Assembly (NCBI GenBank): GCA_023334545.1
Contig: JAADVB010000140.1
Span: 1 to 48,757 of the forward strand
Length of the DNA: 48,757 bases
Direction: 5' to 3'
From: Salisapilia sapeloensis CBS 127946
Taxonomy: Eukaryota; Protista; Oomycota
The notes under the pieces are model-generated. The model was given only the letters and a program-made list of their open reading frames with translations, did no database searches and was not told the origin of the DNA. The first letter of the stretch is position 1. Each line of letters opens with the position of its first letter. The translations under genes and the position numbers were made by a program. This document shows positions 18,665 to 29,606 of this stretch, one piece after another.

Positions 18665-20514
18665 ATGAGCATTAAAGACCAAGCAACTGCTCAGCAACTT
18701 TGCGATATGGATGAGCCATCCATTGTGCGGGGAAATAGATGCATGACGGATGCAGACCTGTTGCTGTCTTCTCAGGAAGATGAAAACACGGCAGTGAACC
18801 AAGTAGGCCACTCTTCTGCACTGCGCAAACGCAGAGCCGATGAAGTCGTCCAGAGACATGCTGGCCGAGCGATTGTGACTCCGGATCGACCAGTACAGAA
18901 ACTTCAGAAACGGACGGCAGCAGGCTTAATGCTATCGCCTCGCACAGCGCAAGCTCCACTGCACACAAAGAAAGAGGCAAGTATTTACATATTTATTGTT
19001 CCTGTCTTTATAATTTATGATTAGAAGAACATGTAGATCAAGGACAATGTCCACGGACTCATGGTCTTTGAGCCTGTCTGCATGCGGATTATCGACACTA
19101 TTCAGGTAAAGCGAGCAATGGCATTTACTATCCTGCACTATCCAGAACTGACTCTGGCCACTAGTTCCAGCGACTGCGCCATCTTCATCAACTAGGAGCT
19201 GCCCACCACGTCTACATTGGAGCTACGCACTCTCGTTTCGAGCACTGTCTTGGTGTCGCCCATCTCGCAGAGCAGCTCCTGCTGACCCTGCGACGGCATC
19301 AACCGTGGCTTCCAATCGACGACACTGACATTGTGTGCGTAAAGCTAGCAGGACTCTGCCACGACCTCGGCCACGGACCATTTAGCCACGTCTTTGACGG
19401 CATCTTCCTCTCGCGTTTAAAGCAGTATGGGATCGTACCACGCACCTTTGAGTGGACGCATGAAGAGAACTCTGTAGCGATGCTAGATCACTTGCTCGAG
19501 GCTAATGGCATAAATCTTCGAGATCATGGACTGTGTCCTGTTCGAGACTTGACGTTTATTAAAGAGTTGATCCTCGGGTGTCCGTTGCAAGAGAACGACG
19601 GACACTTTCGAGGACGACCGGACTCGGCACAACATTTCCTCTATGACATTGTGAACAACGCACACAGCGGTTTGGACGTCGACAAGCTCGACTACTTTCT
19701 TCGAGATGCACAGCAGACAGGGGCTCGAGTATCCTCCTGCGATACGTATTTGCTATTGCATAACATGCGTGTCTTACGAGACCGGCATGCGATCGACAGA
19801 CGACCAGCACTGTGTTTCCCGGAGAAGCTGGTCGGAGCTGTATTGCAGGCGTTCCGTACGCGATACGAGCTCCATCAGACAGTCTACCAGCACAAGGCGA
19901 TTCGAGCGATCGAGTACATGATCTGCGACGCGCTCATTCTTGCCAACGACCATGCGTTAGTGAAAGGTTCTCGTTTGTCAGACGTGTTTGGTAACATGGA
20001 AGCCTTTCAACACGTCGACGACCGGATTCTGTGGCGGATCGAGCAGAGTGAGCTGCCAGCGCTCCAGGCAGCACGAGACCTCTTGACTCGAGTCGCGACG
20101 AAACCGTACTATGAATGTGTGGGCAAGACCAAGGTCACCGAGTATTCTGCGCACATGTCGGAAGACGAGTTGAAGACAGACGTGCTGTCTCTGGTCGACT
20201 TGACGACGGACGATAAGAAGCACGTGATTCTCGAAGTCATGAAGCTACACTTTGGGAAGAAAGACGCAGACCCGATCCAGTACGTCCGTTTCTATTCGAA
20301 AGATGCGGTGAATGACGCAACGTGCTACCAACTACCTCGAGAGGCGTATGAAGTCCATTTGCCGAAACAGTTTATGGAGCACGCCATTCGAGTGTATGTT
20401 CGAGATCCTGCTCTAAAAGTATCCGTCCGAGCGGCGTTTGACCTTTGGAGTTGTCGGGTGAACAAATCCGTCGTGATGCCGATGCCTGGCGTTGGTCTAG
20501 CAAAGATAACGTAA
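18665..20514 (+). CDS. SAMHD1-like HD-domain dNTP triphosphohydrolase (no SAM domain); join(18665..18976,19037..19105,19165..20514)
   Basis: IKDNVHG..IIDTIQ|FQRLRHLHQLG..YIGATHSRFEHCLGV..AGLCHDLGHGPFSH..WTHE..DIVNN..GLDVDKLDY..RYELHQTVYQHK, i.e. the H..HD..D metal ligands. Intron 1 (18977-19036) is GC-AG; intron 2 (19106-19164) is GT-AG. Confidence 0.9.
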
Positions 20515-20769
20515 TCGAAAGCTGCGCTTTTGTTTGGATAGCTTTGACCTTTCCGCTGCCGTTTGATCTCGTCGTCGCTCACGTCGATCTACGACGGAAG
20601 AGTCCTTTCATTTAAAAATGGACGTGAACAGTTACGACGTTTCTTCTCATCTTCATACTCGTCAACTAGTCTTCCCTGAATGAAGAGTGCTGGTGGACGT
20701 AGCAGATGTCATAATACAGGATTTGTTTACTGATTTCCTCATGTCCATTGGGTATCGAAAAGTGATATC

Positions 20770-22302
20770 ATGTCCGCTAAAAATATACTTCGTGTTCTCT
20801 ACATTCACGCCATCGGTGATGTCCAACCTTCACCGTCTCACTTGTACCCGCCTCTCCGGCTGCCTCGGGTGGGACTCGGAACAATCATCGACACGGCGGC
20901 GTGGCAAACCACGACGGCCAAGATTGCTCGCTCGCCATGGCCTCCAGCTGTCGTGCTGCATACAAAATCCAACATGTCCGACCTAGCCACTATGAGTTCA
21001 AGGTGTCCCGTCCATCGAGTAAGTTTCGAATCGCTAGGTTACAAATGTCATAGCATTGTGCGCCACCATCGCTTCATTTGGCCAGTTGCAAAGGAGAGAG
21101 CAAAGGCAGAGACCCTAGAGCACTAGACCAGACTGCCGTCGGAACAGACACTAGATTACATGGGCATCGACATGATGAATGCCATGCCTACAGACGAATG
21201 GGAGTGGCCGAGCAAAGTCCACCGGTCGCCAAGCAGTCTTGGTGGACCCTTGGCAGCACCTTCCAACAGCGCCGAGTTCACAGCGTCCACGGCTTCCACC
21301 AATGTGTCACTATGTGACTGCGAACAGACTCATTCCACTGGTGCCTTAATGAGCACCAGCGAGCGTATATTGTCCGAGACGGACGATATCATACGCCGCA
21401 AAACCAGCGTCGGCGTGCAAACGGGGCTAACGTGCCCGATCTGCCGAGGCGCAGATGTCGATACGCAGCTGAGTCCATGTGGCCACCACGTACACGCCAA
21501 GTGCTTCAAGCAGGCCGTGCAAACTGGGCTCGAGTGTCCGACCTGCCACCACCACGTCGACGATGTCCACGCCGCGTATTCCTGTCCGTCATTCTTGGGG
21601 GCGACCATCAGCATGGAGAAAGATCGTCGCAATGGAGCATCCTTCTCCACCACGTCTCCGGACGAAGAAGAAGAAGACGACGCCTTCGAGTGGGGCTGGT
21701 TTGAAGACTTTGACGATGACGAGTACGAGCGATCTTCCGAGCTTGCGCTCGCCAACAACGGTCTGAAAGGCCACAAAGCGGCTGACATGTACAGCCGTCG
21801 GTCTTTCCCGGCATCATCGCTTCAACCAGCCGCGCTGTTGAATCGGGACAATGATAATACGTTTGAAGTGTGCCGCACGTTTCCTCCTCTGCGCCCTCAG
21901 TACGACCTTCAATACAGTGAAAGTACGATCCCCTGGGTTCAGTCGCTGTCGAGTCACCGCCACTTGGCAGTCAAGATCCAAGTGCGCAGCTTCCGTATTG
22001 TCGAAAGCGCCGTGAGCAAGGCGCAGCATGCCGAATTCCTGTTGGAACTACAGATTGAAGGCAAATACATGACTACCTGGCGTCGGTTCTCGCGTATCCG
22101 TGACTTTGTCAACACGCTCAGCGCGTCCGAATACAAGGAAACGATGGCTGCGTGGCGAAGAGTCGAGGCTGCTGGCAGGTGGTTCTACCGGTTGGAACTA
22201 AGCTACCTACACCAACGATGCCAGTACCTGGAACGATTTGCCCACGCTCTTTTAATCGAGGCACCGAATGCTCACACCTTGGCCGAGTTGTTCGAGTGCT
22301 AA
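20770..22302 (+). CDS. RING-finger protein with C-terminal PX-like domain; probable join(20770 or 20974..21018,21127..22302)
   Basis: RING CPICRGADVDTQLSPCGHHVHAKCFKQAVQTGLECPTC. PX-like IQVRSFRIV..HAEFLLELQ..TWRRFSRIRDF..QRCQYLERFAHALL. A phase-0 intron 21019-21126 (gtaagt...cactag) removes the in-frame TAG at 21124. The start codon is uncertain. Confidence 0.75.
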
Positions 22303-23932
22303 GGCCGCAGATCAAGTCACACGAAATGTACAACTAAGATACGATTTGTATTTAACAATAAATAAGAGCTTGCTTAAAATCAAATGCATCCACATCCTTT
22401 GCATGCCGTTGCTTTACCAGGGGTGCTTGGTTCCTGCACGCGCGAGCATCACAGTTGAAAATTATGCACAGCATATATGATTTTCCCACGTAATAATTCA
22501 TTTCGACCCTTATACATTCACTTGTTCGTTTTTAATAGAAACACGTCTAGGATATTGCCAGGGGAAGCGTCGAGAGGTAGCCAACGTAGAAAGCATCGCT
22601 GGACACGTATGTATAGAGCGACTATGCTATACGAACGTAGTCTTTGTGCAGTCAACGTCTTCCAATTTAGTCACGCTCCTTGAAGATGCAACTTGAAGTA
22701 CCTTCATCGATGTCTCGACGGCCGTACGTCAGAAATATTTCCTCGTTCTCATGAAGCACGCGCGAGATTATCTCAACTTTCCGGATAATTGCCTGGTTGA
22801 CGCACGTCTGTCATTGCTGCCTTTACCACCCTCCAGGTTACCACATGAATAAGATCCCCGAACTGTCATACCAATCAGTATAGAAAACATCTATGTCTGC
22901 GGATGCTCTTTTAAAATATTATGCATGACAATTTTCAGTCACCACTAATTGGAAGGATCATGATCGCCTGCTAATAGCACTTGCTCGCTACAACGATAGA
23001 TGCAATCACACACGAAACTTGTAGCTTCTTACTTAAAAACAAGGCAGTGTCAAGAAAGAGATAAGCACAGACTTGCGAGTAAAAGCCAAAGTTATTAGAG
23101 TATATTTGGTTCAACAGTGGACATGACAATGCTAGTAAAGACCTTCGCGTATACTCGAAATCGAAACCGGATATCGCGCTTGCTGCCATGAGTATGGAGG
23201 AGGGAGCGAATTACGTTTCCAGTGACGTGGAAACTCAGGGGCCATGCCGTTCACAAATACCATCAGGCATCCGCCTTCTTGCTCGCGTGGCAAGATCAGA
23301 TTCCTCTTATTCAAGGAGGGAGCCGTGGTGATAGAATGGGTGTCTACTCCACCATTTGTGGCTTTAGCATGATTAAAGTCGATCTTAAAAGGTCATCACA
23401 GGCTCACCGACTGCCCATACTTATCCACTAACACGAAACCTGGGAAACTGTTGGCACGATTCACTTAAAACGCAAGATTCAACAAAACGAAAGCACTGGC
23501 TTTCATTTTCTTCAACCGTGAGCAGACGAAGAGCGCGTGATGCGACTTTTAAAAGTTGCGTAACTGGTGGGTACGTTTGTGTACGTCGTCCACGGCGGAC
23601 TTCTCAAGCGTTGTGCCTACGTCTGTCAACCTGACGAAGAGAAAATTGGTCGCGGCATGGGGTTACATCCCAAATTACAGCTTTTGCTCATGGCTACATT
23701 CCATCTAGCTATATATAGCTTGTGTACCAATATCATAAGTGAATGCCGAAAGCAAACGAGATTTACGCAAGTCTGCTTCTTGGTCAGTTTCCATTTAGCG
23801 GATACCGATGCTAATGTAAGAGATGCCAATTGATTTGGATTTCTTGTAAGCATACTGCAAGTGTGTCTAAAAATAGCTTCACTAGTTTAATCAAGACTAC
23901 CACTTCGTCGAAGCGGGAGCATCGACTCAACG

Positions 23933-26900
23933 ATGAAGAAGGCAGTCGTCAGCTACAACTCCATGGGGGAAAAGAGCATTAAATGGATGGATGTACCTTC
24001 ATTTGTGCCTGTCAAGGTGAGACGAGCAAGAGGAATTACAACTAGTCCTATTGGCGATAGAATTGGTAATCAAAAAGAGGTGCACGTGCCCCGACCTATG
24101 TCGAGTAGCCGACGATCTGAAACATCGGAAGAGCAACTGGATGATCCAGAAGTCATCACAAATACCACACCGATGGAAGTACATGATCAGACTCTTTTAC
24201 AAAGCATGCCAGTTTCTACGAGCTCCATCGACAAACTCGCGCCAGGAAACTCAGCAAAGCAGCGAGTACTCAGCCCTTCTTTTGCTCAAAACCCATGCTA
24301 TATGCCCCCAGACAGTAGAGTTTTACAAGCGCTGCACATCCCTGCTGAATTCCGATGCTGCTGGATCAAAGACTCCTGTTGGTGCGCCTCTCCTTCTCAA
24401 TTTAGCGTACTGTGGATAAACGACACGGACGAAAGCGAGACAAAGCAAATGTGCAAGGGCTGCCATAGACAGCAGCATGTTTTGAAGCTACATCGAGCCA
24501 AGTACTCTCCGCTGTTTTCCTTGCGCATGATCCTCGACATCATTGCTGATGTATATGACCGACTCGTCGCGCCTAGCCAAGTCGCAATTGCAGGAGCCTA
24601 CTCGATGCCTAGTTCTAATACCGACTTGTCCATCCACGAAACCTTATATGCTGTGCTATTGCAGCGATATGGAACACAGCAACTGTCCCAAGAGAAACTT
24701 ATGCATCTATTTGTTTCGACCACGCACTTCCTAGATGTGGACGCTATCGTTGTCTTCTGCGAACTCCTAGGTATATACCGCGAATACGACATACCCATGC
24801 AAATGCAGCCTTCAAACCTTGTCGTGGCCGTGTGTGTCAGTTGTTATTCGTGGCTTTATTCTCGCGCAATGGTTTGGAATGGCGCAGAAATCATCCGCCG
24901 GAAAAGAAAAAAGCGAATTCGTGATCGAGATAAGGATGATCTGAGAGCTGTGGAAAGCGGAAAGCGGACGCATTGGCAATTTGCGTCTCTCGACCACGCG
25001 AGCAAGTGCGCTCACGACGTCTTAGGCTATCCACTTGTCGGTCCAACAATGCTGCGCAATGTTTTGGACTACATGACGGCTTTTTCGCAGTCGCACATGG
25101 TAGCTCCGCCTGCCTTTCAAGATCTCGAGTATGCACAGGATTCTGTCAATTGTTCATGGCTCGAAGTCCACCGATTTCTTCGTGTAATTATCGGTGAGTG
25201 GAAACAACACAGCTATACATTTCACTTTGCAGACCAGGCGATATTTGCAGAGCCCATGCGTCGGGCGGCAGGGAACAAGTTGAAAGAGTTACTTGTGCGG
25301 AAGCTGCGTCTGATTTTAAGCTGCTTCGTATTCTATGACCAGGACAGGGTTGGTGTGATGACAAGCCCAGACTTTAGTGATGTATTACGACGTCTTCGAT
25401 ACCTCTGGCCAAACGAATGTGTGACGAAGGAAGAAGCACGAAGCGGTAAGGAAGTGTCTCTTACTTTTGAGAACACGGTATTGGCAGCAAAAGCTAGGTT
25501 TGCAGACTCAGACCACGATGGGCAGATCTGTTACTTGGACTTTTGGGCAGTGATGTATGTCGTCGGGATGAAGACAGGGGACTTGCTGAAATTTAGGGAG
25601 ATACCAGCATTCTGTAAGGATTACAAGCTCGAAGTTCCATCGGATATGAAAGCTTTGCTTTTAAAATACATGAAAAGCGCTTGCTTACTTGTGCTACCGA
25701 AAGGACTGGAACTAGAAGAGAGCACGAGTGAATCTACGGTCGAACGACAGCGGAAGAAGAGGGCAGGAGGATTACATGACGGTTTCTTTGACCCCAACCG
25801 AACCTTAGGAGCGTCTTTAGCAGCAGAACGACTGGTGGAAGAAGCACATGGCTCCACCAAGTCCACGCCTATGCTTCATATTGATGGCACAAAGCCTGCT
25901 ATGATACACAGCATCAGCACTCCTACACTGGAAAAAGGGGGTCAAAGTACTTTGTCATATGACGGTGTGTATGCAGATGCCAAGTACGGTCGGCAGCTTG
26001 CAGCTCACAATCGCTCTTGCTACCTTGGACCAGTGCCGAAAAGAAGGGCTTATATAACCCAGTTTTGTTATCCTCCATGTCGTTCCCGACAAATCCTAGC
26101 TCCACTACCATTACTTGATCGTCAAGAACAAGGTGGTGGTGTTGTACCTCAGTCGTACGATATGACTTGTAATAACGACTCCGATGCATGTGCTCAATCA
26201 TACGCCGAACTCGTATACCATTTTCCGTTCGTTGATCCGCACTATCGACGACTGCCATTCGCACCTCGTGATGCGGATGGAAAAAATCTTCGCCAAGTTA
26301 CCAGTCATTTTAAAGGATTTTCCTCCGAGAGCACAGATGATGAGGATAAGAAAGAATGGGAGACGCGGATGGCGATGTACGTCAAGCACATGGAACATGA
26401 GCAGCTTGAGAATCGACAAAAAGCATTAAACTTCTTAAAGGAAAAGCGGGAGCGACGTCGACAAGTAGTGGGCTTGGCAACAAACCCATTTCCTGCTTTA
26501 AAGCATGTACATTCATCCACAGTATCTGCTTCTGTGGGAACTCCTTCGGTAGAGGATGATCAACTGCTCATTGTGCCTAGTTTAGATTCGAACGAAGTGG
26601 AGAGTTTGTCTCTTCCCAGCAGCAGTGGGAACCATCAAAATGTCGTGAGGTCGTCTCTCTCTCCAGATTGTCTAGGCATGAACGCCAAAGTAAACAGTAA
26701 TGTATCGCGTCTAAGTGTCTCTGCGAGCTCATCAAATGTTGAGGAAGACGGAGAAGATTGGTATGTGGAAGCCACAGTTCCGATCATTGATGAAGACACC
26801 CTACAAGAGTTGGAAAGTGACAATGGAAACGATCAAAACTCTGAAGGTACTTCATCTTCCGAAAATGGCACGAACCAGCCCACTCTCGACCCAGGTCTTG

Positions 26901-28702
26901 ACGTAGACCAGGAAACCTATTCGGCAACGATTGAGAGCCCACCGAAGTCCAAGACACCTCCAAAGACACTCACAAAGCCATCAGAGGCTCTACCAACAGA
27001 AGGAGTTAAGCAAAGTCCACAGAATTCTAGTCCTGTAGTATCCCCTATGATATCGAAGCTGGAGGAACAGTCTGTGACAAAGTCTGCGGTGAAAGAGTTG
27101 AAGCCTCCTGCGATTTGTCGTGGTACTAACAAGAAAAACCTTGCGTTTTTAAAGAAGCGCGATCAAGACAACAATATCAAGTCCGGTCAAGACAATACGG
27201 GCAAGCTAAATTCGCCAGTCGATACGGTGGATATAAGTGAATCAAAGGAAGAAGGAGGCTATTCGCATCCTACTTATCACTTTACGAATTATAAAACAAG
27301 TAAAGACGCTGTGGACGAAAAGGAAGTCAGTGTCAGCTCAAAAGCTGAGAGTCCGGTCGAGTTGCAGGTTGTGCAAGAGGAAATTAGTAAGAAAGAGGAT
27401 GTGCCTTCGGTACAGAGACGCTCGGTTCCTGTAAGTTGGAAAAGGTGGGATAATCCAGAGGTTTCCATTGTATTTAGTGAAGATTCAGACAATTGGATGA
27501 AGACAAAGTGGTCTGTAATGTTTGATCGGGTGGAAGCATCAGTCATGTCCCCCGTACGAAGTGACTTTGCAGCTCGAGAAAAGATGCAGCGGGAGATTGA
27601 GCAGGAGCAGCAGATGCTCATGAATAAGCGCGTAGAACAGCAAGCTGAAGATATGAAGAAGCTTCAACATCTAGAGGAGGAGCATCGTAATGACGGCGAA
27701 GGTTCTAGCCACCAGAGGAAAAGAAAAAACCCTCAGGAAGCTGAGATTAAGGCTACTTTCCGCCATCAACGTGTACACCGGCAAAGTCTACCTACAATGC
27801 CTAATGAACTTGTATTAGGGAAAGCAGAGCAAGGTGAGTGTTTCGATGTCGAGAACCAAGTGCTATACTACTCCTTCTTGCTACCTTCGGACGAGACGAT
27901 TCATATCCTCACTGTAAAATTAAAGCTATTGTGCGGTAACGCTGAAGCATTCATGTCCATTGATACAACTGCCCCGAGTGCTACCGACCACATGTGGAAA
28001 TCTTTTACACGAGTTTCAACCGACAAAAGCGACAAGGACGAGGGGCCGAAGATCATCATCTATGCTCCAGAGATAGAAAAATTGCTGAGAAAAGTAAAAG
28101 CTGATGATGGGATGCTGTCATTCTATATTGCTGTCAAAGCATCCGTGCTTCCTACTCGATTTGCCATAAGCGTCATTTCGTCTGGGCAAAAAGTGGAACC
28201 AAACAAAGCGATACAGACTGTCGATGGCTTGATAAAGAAGTTTAATGACTTGTGTAGCTCCTTTGAGCAAAACTCATTGACGTCTGGTTCGTTCGAAAAC
28301 GCCTTATACGGCACACGAGCATGGGTGGCAGCAACTCGCGACGACGATGACGCATATCTCTCCGATGACTCTCCTCGGCTATTCCAGCAGCTTCTAGAGT
28401 CACTTGGTAAGCAACCGAGTGATGACTTGTCTTTAGCTGCAAAGCAGCCATATGATGTCAATGCACTCTCGACAGAGATGTTGGAAGATGAAAAGCAAAA
28501 GGCATCGCATCTCGATGCACATAAATCGGCAAAAATGGTGCTTCGAAGACGCGTTCAGCGTCTAGAAAGACTGGTACGAAAGCGCAAACAGCAGCGTTTA
28601 TCCCCTATAAAAGATAGCGTCCGTGGTGGAAGAATGCAAACACCAGAGCTTGTAGCCTACAGCTTAAGCGAATTGAAACATGGTAGGCACTCACAGCTAT
28701 GA
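23933..28702 (+). CDS. Large hypothetical protein (1589 aa) with EF-hand-like pair, long disordered region, coiled coil and C-terminal beta-sandwich-like domain
   Basis: Uninterrupted 4.77-kb ORF. EF-hand-like loops FYDQDRVGVMTSPDFSDVL and FADSDHDGQICYLDFWAV. Beta-rich QVLYYSFLLP..LTVKLKLLCGNAEAFMS..PSATDHMWKS..FYIAVKA..RFAISV. Confidence 0.8.
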   Translation: MKKAVVSYNSMGEKSIKWMDVPSFVPVKVRRARGITTSPIGDRIGNQKEVHVPRPMSSSRRSETSEEQLDDPEVITNTTPMEVHDQTLLQSMPVSTSSIDKLAPGNSAKQRVLSPSFAQNPCYMPPDSRVLQALHIPAEFRCCWIKDSCWCASPSQFSVLWINDTDESETKQMCKGCHRQQHVLKLHRAKYSPLFSLRMILDIIADVYDRLVAPSQVAIAGAYSMPSSNTDLSIHETLYAVLLQRYGTQQLSQEKLMHLFVSTTHFLDVDAIVVFCELLGIYREYDIPMQMQPSNLVVAVCVSCYSWLYSRAMVWNGAEIIRRKRKKRIRDRDKDDLRAVESGKRTHWQFASLDHASKCAHDVLGYPLVGPTMLRNVLDYMTAFSQSHMVAPPAFQDLEYAQDSVNCSWLEVHRFLRVIIGEWKQHSYTFHFADQAIFAEPMRRAAGNKLKELLVRKLRLILSCFVFYDQDRVGVMTSPDFSDVLRRLRYLWPNECVTKEEARSGKEVSLTFENTVLAAKARFADSDHDGQICYLDFWAVMYVVGMKTGDLLKFREIPAFCKDYKLEVPSDMKALLLKYMKSACLLVLPKGLELEESTSESTVERQRKKRAGGLHDGFFDPNRTLGASLAAERLVEEAHGSTKSTPMLHIDGTKPAMIHSISTPTLEKGGQSTLSYDGVYADAKYGRQLAAHNRSCYLGPVPKRRAYITQFCYPPCRSRQILAPLPLLDRQEQGGGVVPQSYDMTCNNDSDACAQSYAELVYHFPFVDPHYRRLPFAPRDADGKNLRQVTSHFKGFSSESTDDEDKKEWETRMAMYVKHMEHEQLENRQKALNFLKEKRERRRQVVGLATNPFPALKHVHSSTVSASVGTPSVEDDQLLIVPSLDSNEVESLSLPSSSGNHQNVVRSSLSPDCLGMNAKVNSNVSRLSVSASSSNVEEDGEDWYVEATVPIIDEDTLQELESDNGNDQNSEGTSSSENGTNQPTLDPGLDVDQETYSATIESPPKSKTPPKTLTKPSEALPTEGVKQSPQNSSPVVSPMISKLEEQSVTKSAVKELKPPAICRGTNKKNLAFLKKRDQDNNIKSGQDNTGKLNSPVDTVDISESKEEGGYSHPTYHFTNYKTSKDAVDEKEVSVSSKAESPVELQVVQEEISKKEDVPSVQRRSVPVSWKRWDNPEVSIVFSEDSDNWMKTKWSVMFDRVEASVMSPVRSDFAAREKMQREIEQEQQMLMNKRVEQQAEDMKKLQHLEEEHRNDGEGSSHQRKRKNPQEAEIKATFRHQRVHRQSLPTMPNELVLGKAEQGECFDVENQVLYYSFLLPSDETIHILTVKLKLLCGNAEAFMSIDTTAPSATDHMWKSFTRVSTDKSDKDEGPKIIIYAPEIEKLLRKVKADDGMLSFYIAVKASVLPTRFAISVISSGQKVEPNKAIQTVDGLIKKFNDLCSSFEQNSLTSGSFENALYGTRAWVAATRDDDDAYLSDDSPRLFQQLLESLGKQPSDDLSLAAKQPYDVNALSTEMLEDEKQKASHLDAHKSAKMVLRRRVQRLERLVRKRKQQRLSPIKDSVRGGRMQTPELVAYSLSELKHGRHSQL

Positions 28703-29606
28703 GTGGAACTACAGTTAGCCGAAGGTACCGCAGAAGCAGATAGCTGCAATCTGTATGCCTTGTTTCTGGGGGCGTCATCTCTGTGCGGCTTGGCCTAATT
28801 GAAGAGGTGAAGTTTATCGTAATATGTACGTAAGAAGCTTATCCAAACGGTTATCGTAGCTAGAGTGGCTATGAATATACCAATCTACCAGAGGAAGATC
28901 TCTCCAATGCTCTTTTAAATGCCATCTGTGCATGTCGCAGCGGGTCCAGGTTGCGAACGAAGGCTGATTATCATGCTCAGTTGCTGTGGATAAAGCTTGT
29001 AGAGGATAAGATTGGAGAGAATGATGTGCAAGACGTCTAGTATACACTAAAACCATGAGCAGATAATATTAATCTAACGAAACTACTGCAGTGTATCAAG
29101 TAACATCGGAACCTTGAGTAAATATGTGTATATGTGATATTGATTCGTTCGGTGAAGCATGTGGATGATACAATGTAGATGCTAGATCAAAGTTTTGACT
29201 GTTAATCCAGTTGACGGGCAGTGGTTGAATTCTCTGTCATAGTAGTGATAGCCTCAGGTTCACACTGTCGCTGTCTAGCTCTTAGTGCACCATACTTCAA
29301 GTGTTCAAAGGTTCAATGTAGCTAGAATGTCCTGTGAGGTCTCCAGTGTTTCCGAGTCTACACTTGAACTTGCGCACGTATATGATACTTTGCGCTGCTG
29401 GAGCTCTGCAAGAGTAGCTTGTCATGGAGTCAGAGTTATAGCTGATTTTTTAAACGAGTCAGGGAATTAACATTACATCATCCTGGACTGTAGGAAAGCT
29501 TTACAAAAGAGTTTTGGCTTCTTTGAATGAGTATGAGTTTGCATTTAACATCGCTACTCGCATCTAGGCTGAAGAAAAGCATGAAAGCTTGCACAGCACC
29601 AACAGC

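Noticed and set aside
20325-20700. Coding-looking minus-strand phrases (LFIQGRLVDEYEDEKKR; IDVSDDEIKRQRK) downstream of the SAMHD1-like gene
   Set aside because: No phase-compatible splice or ATG could be found, and the frame runs antisense into the SAMHD1 C-terminus.
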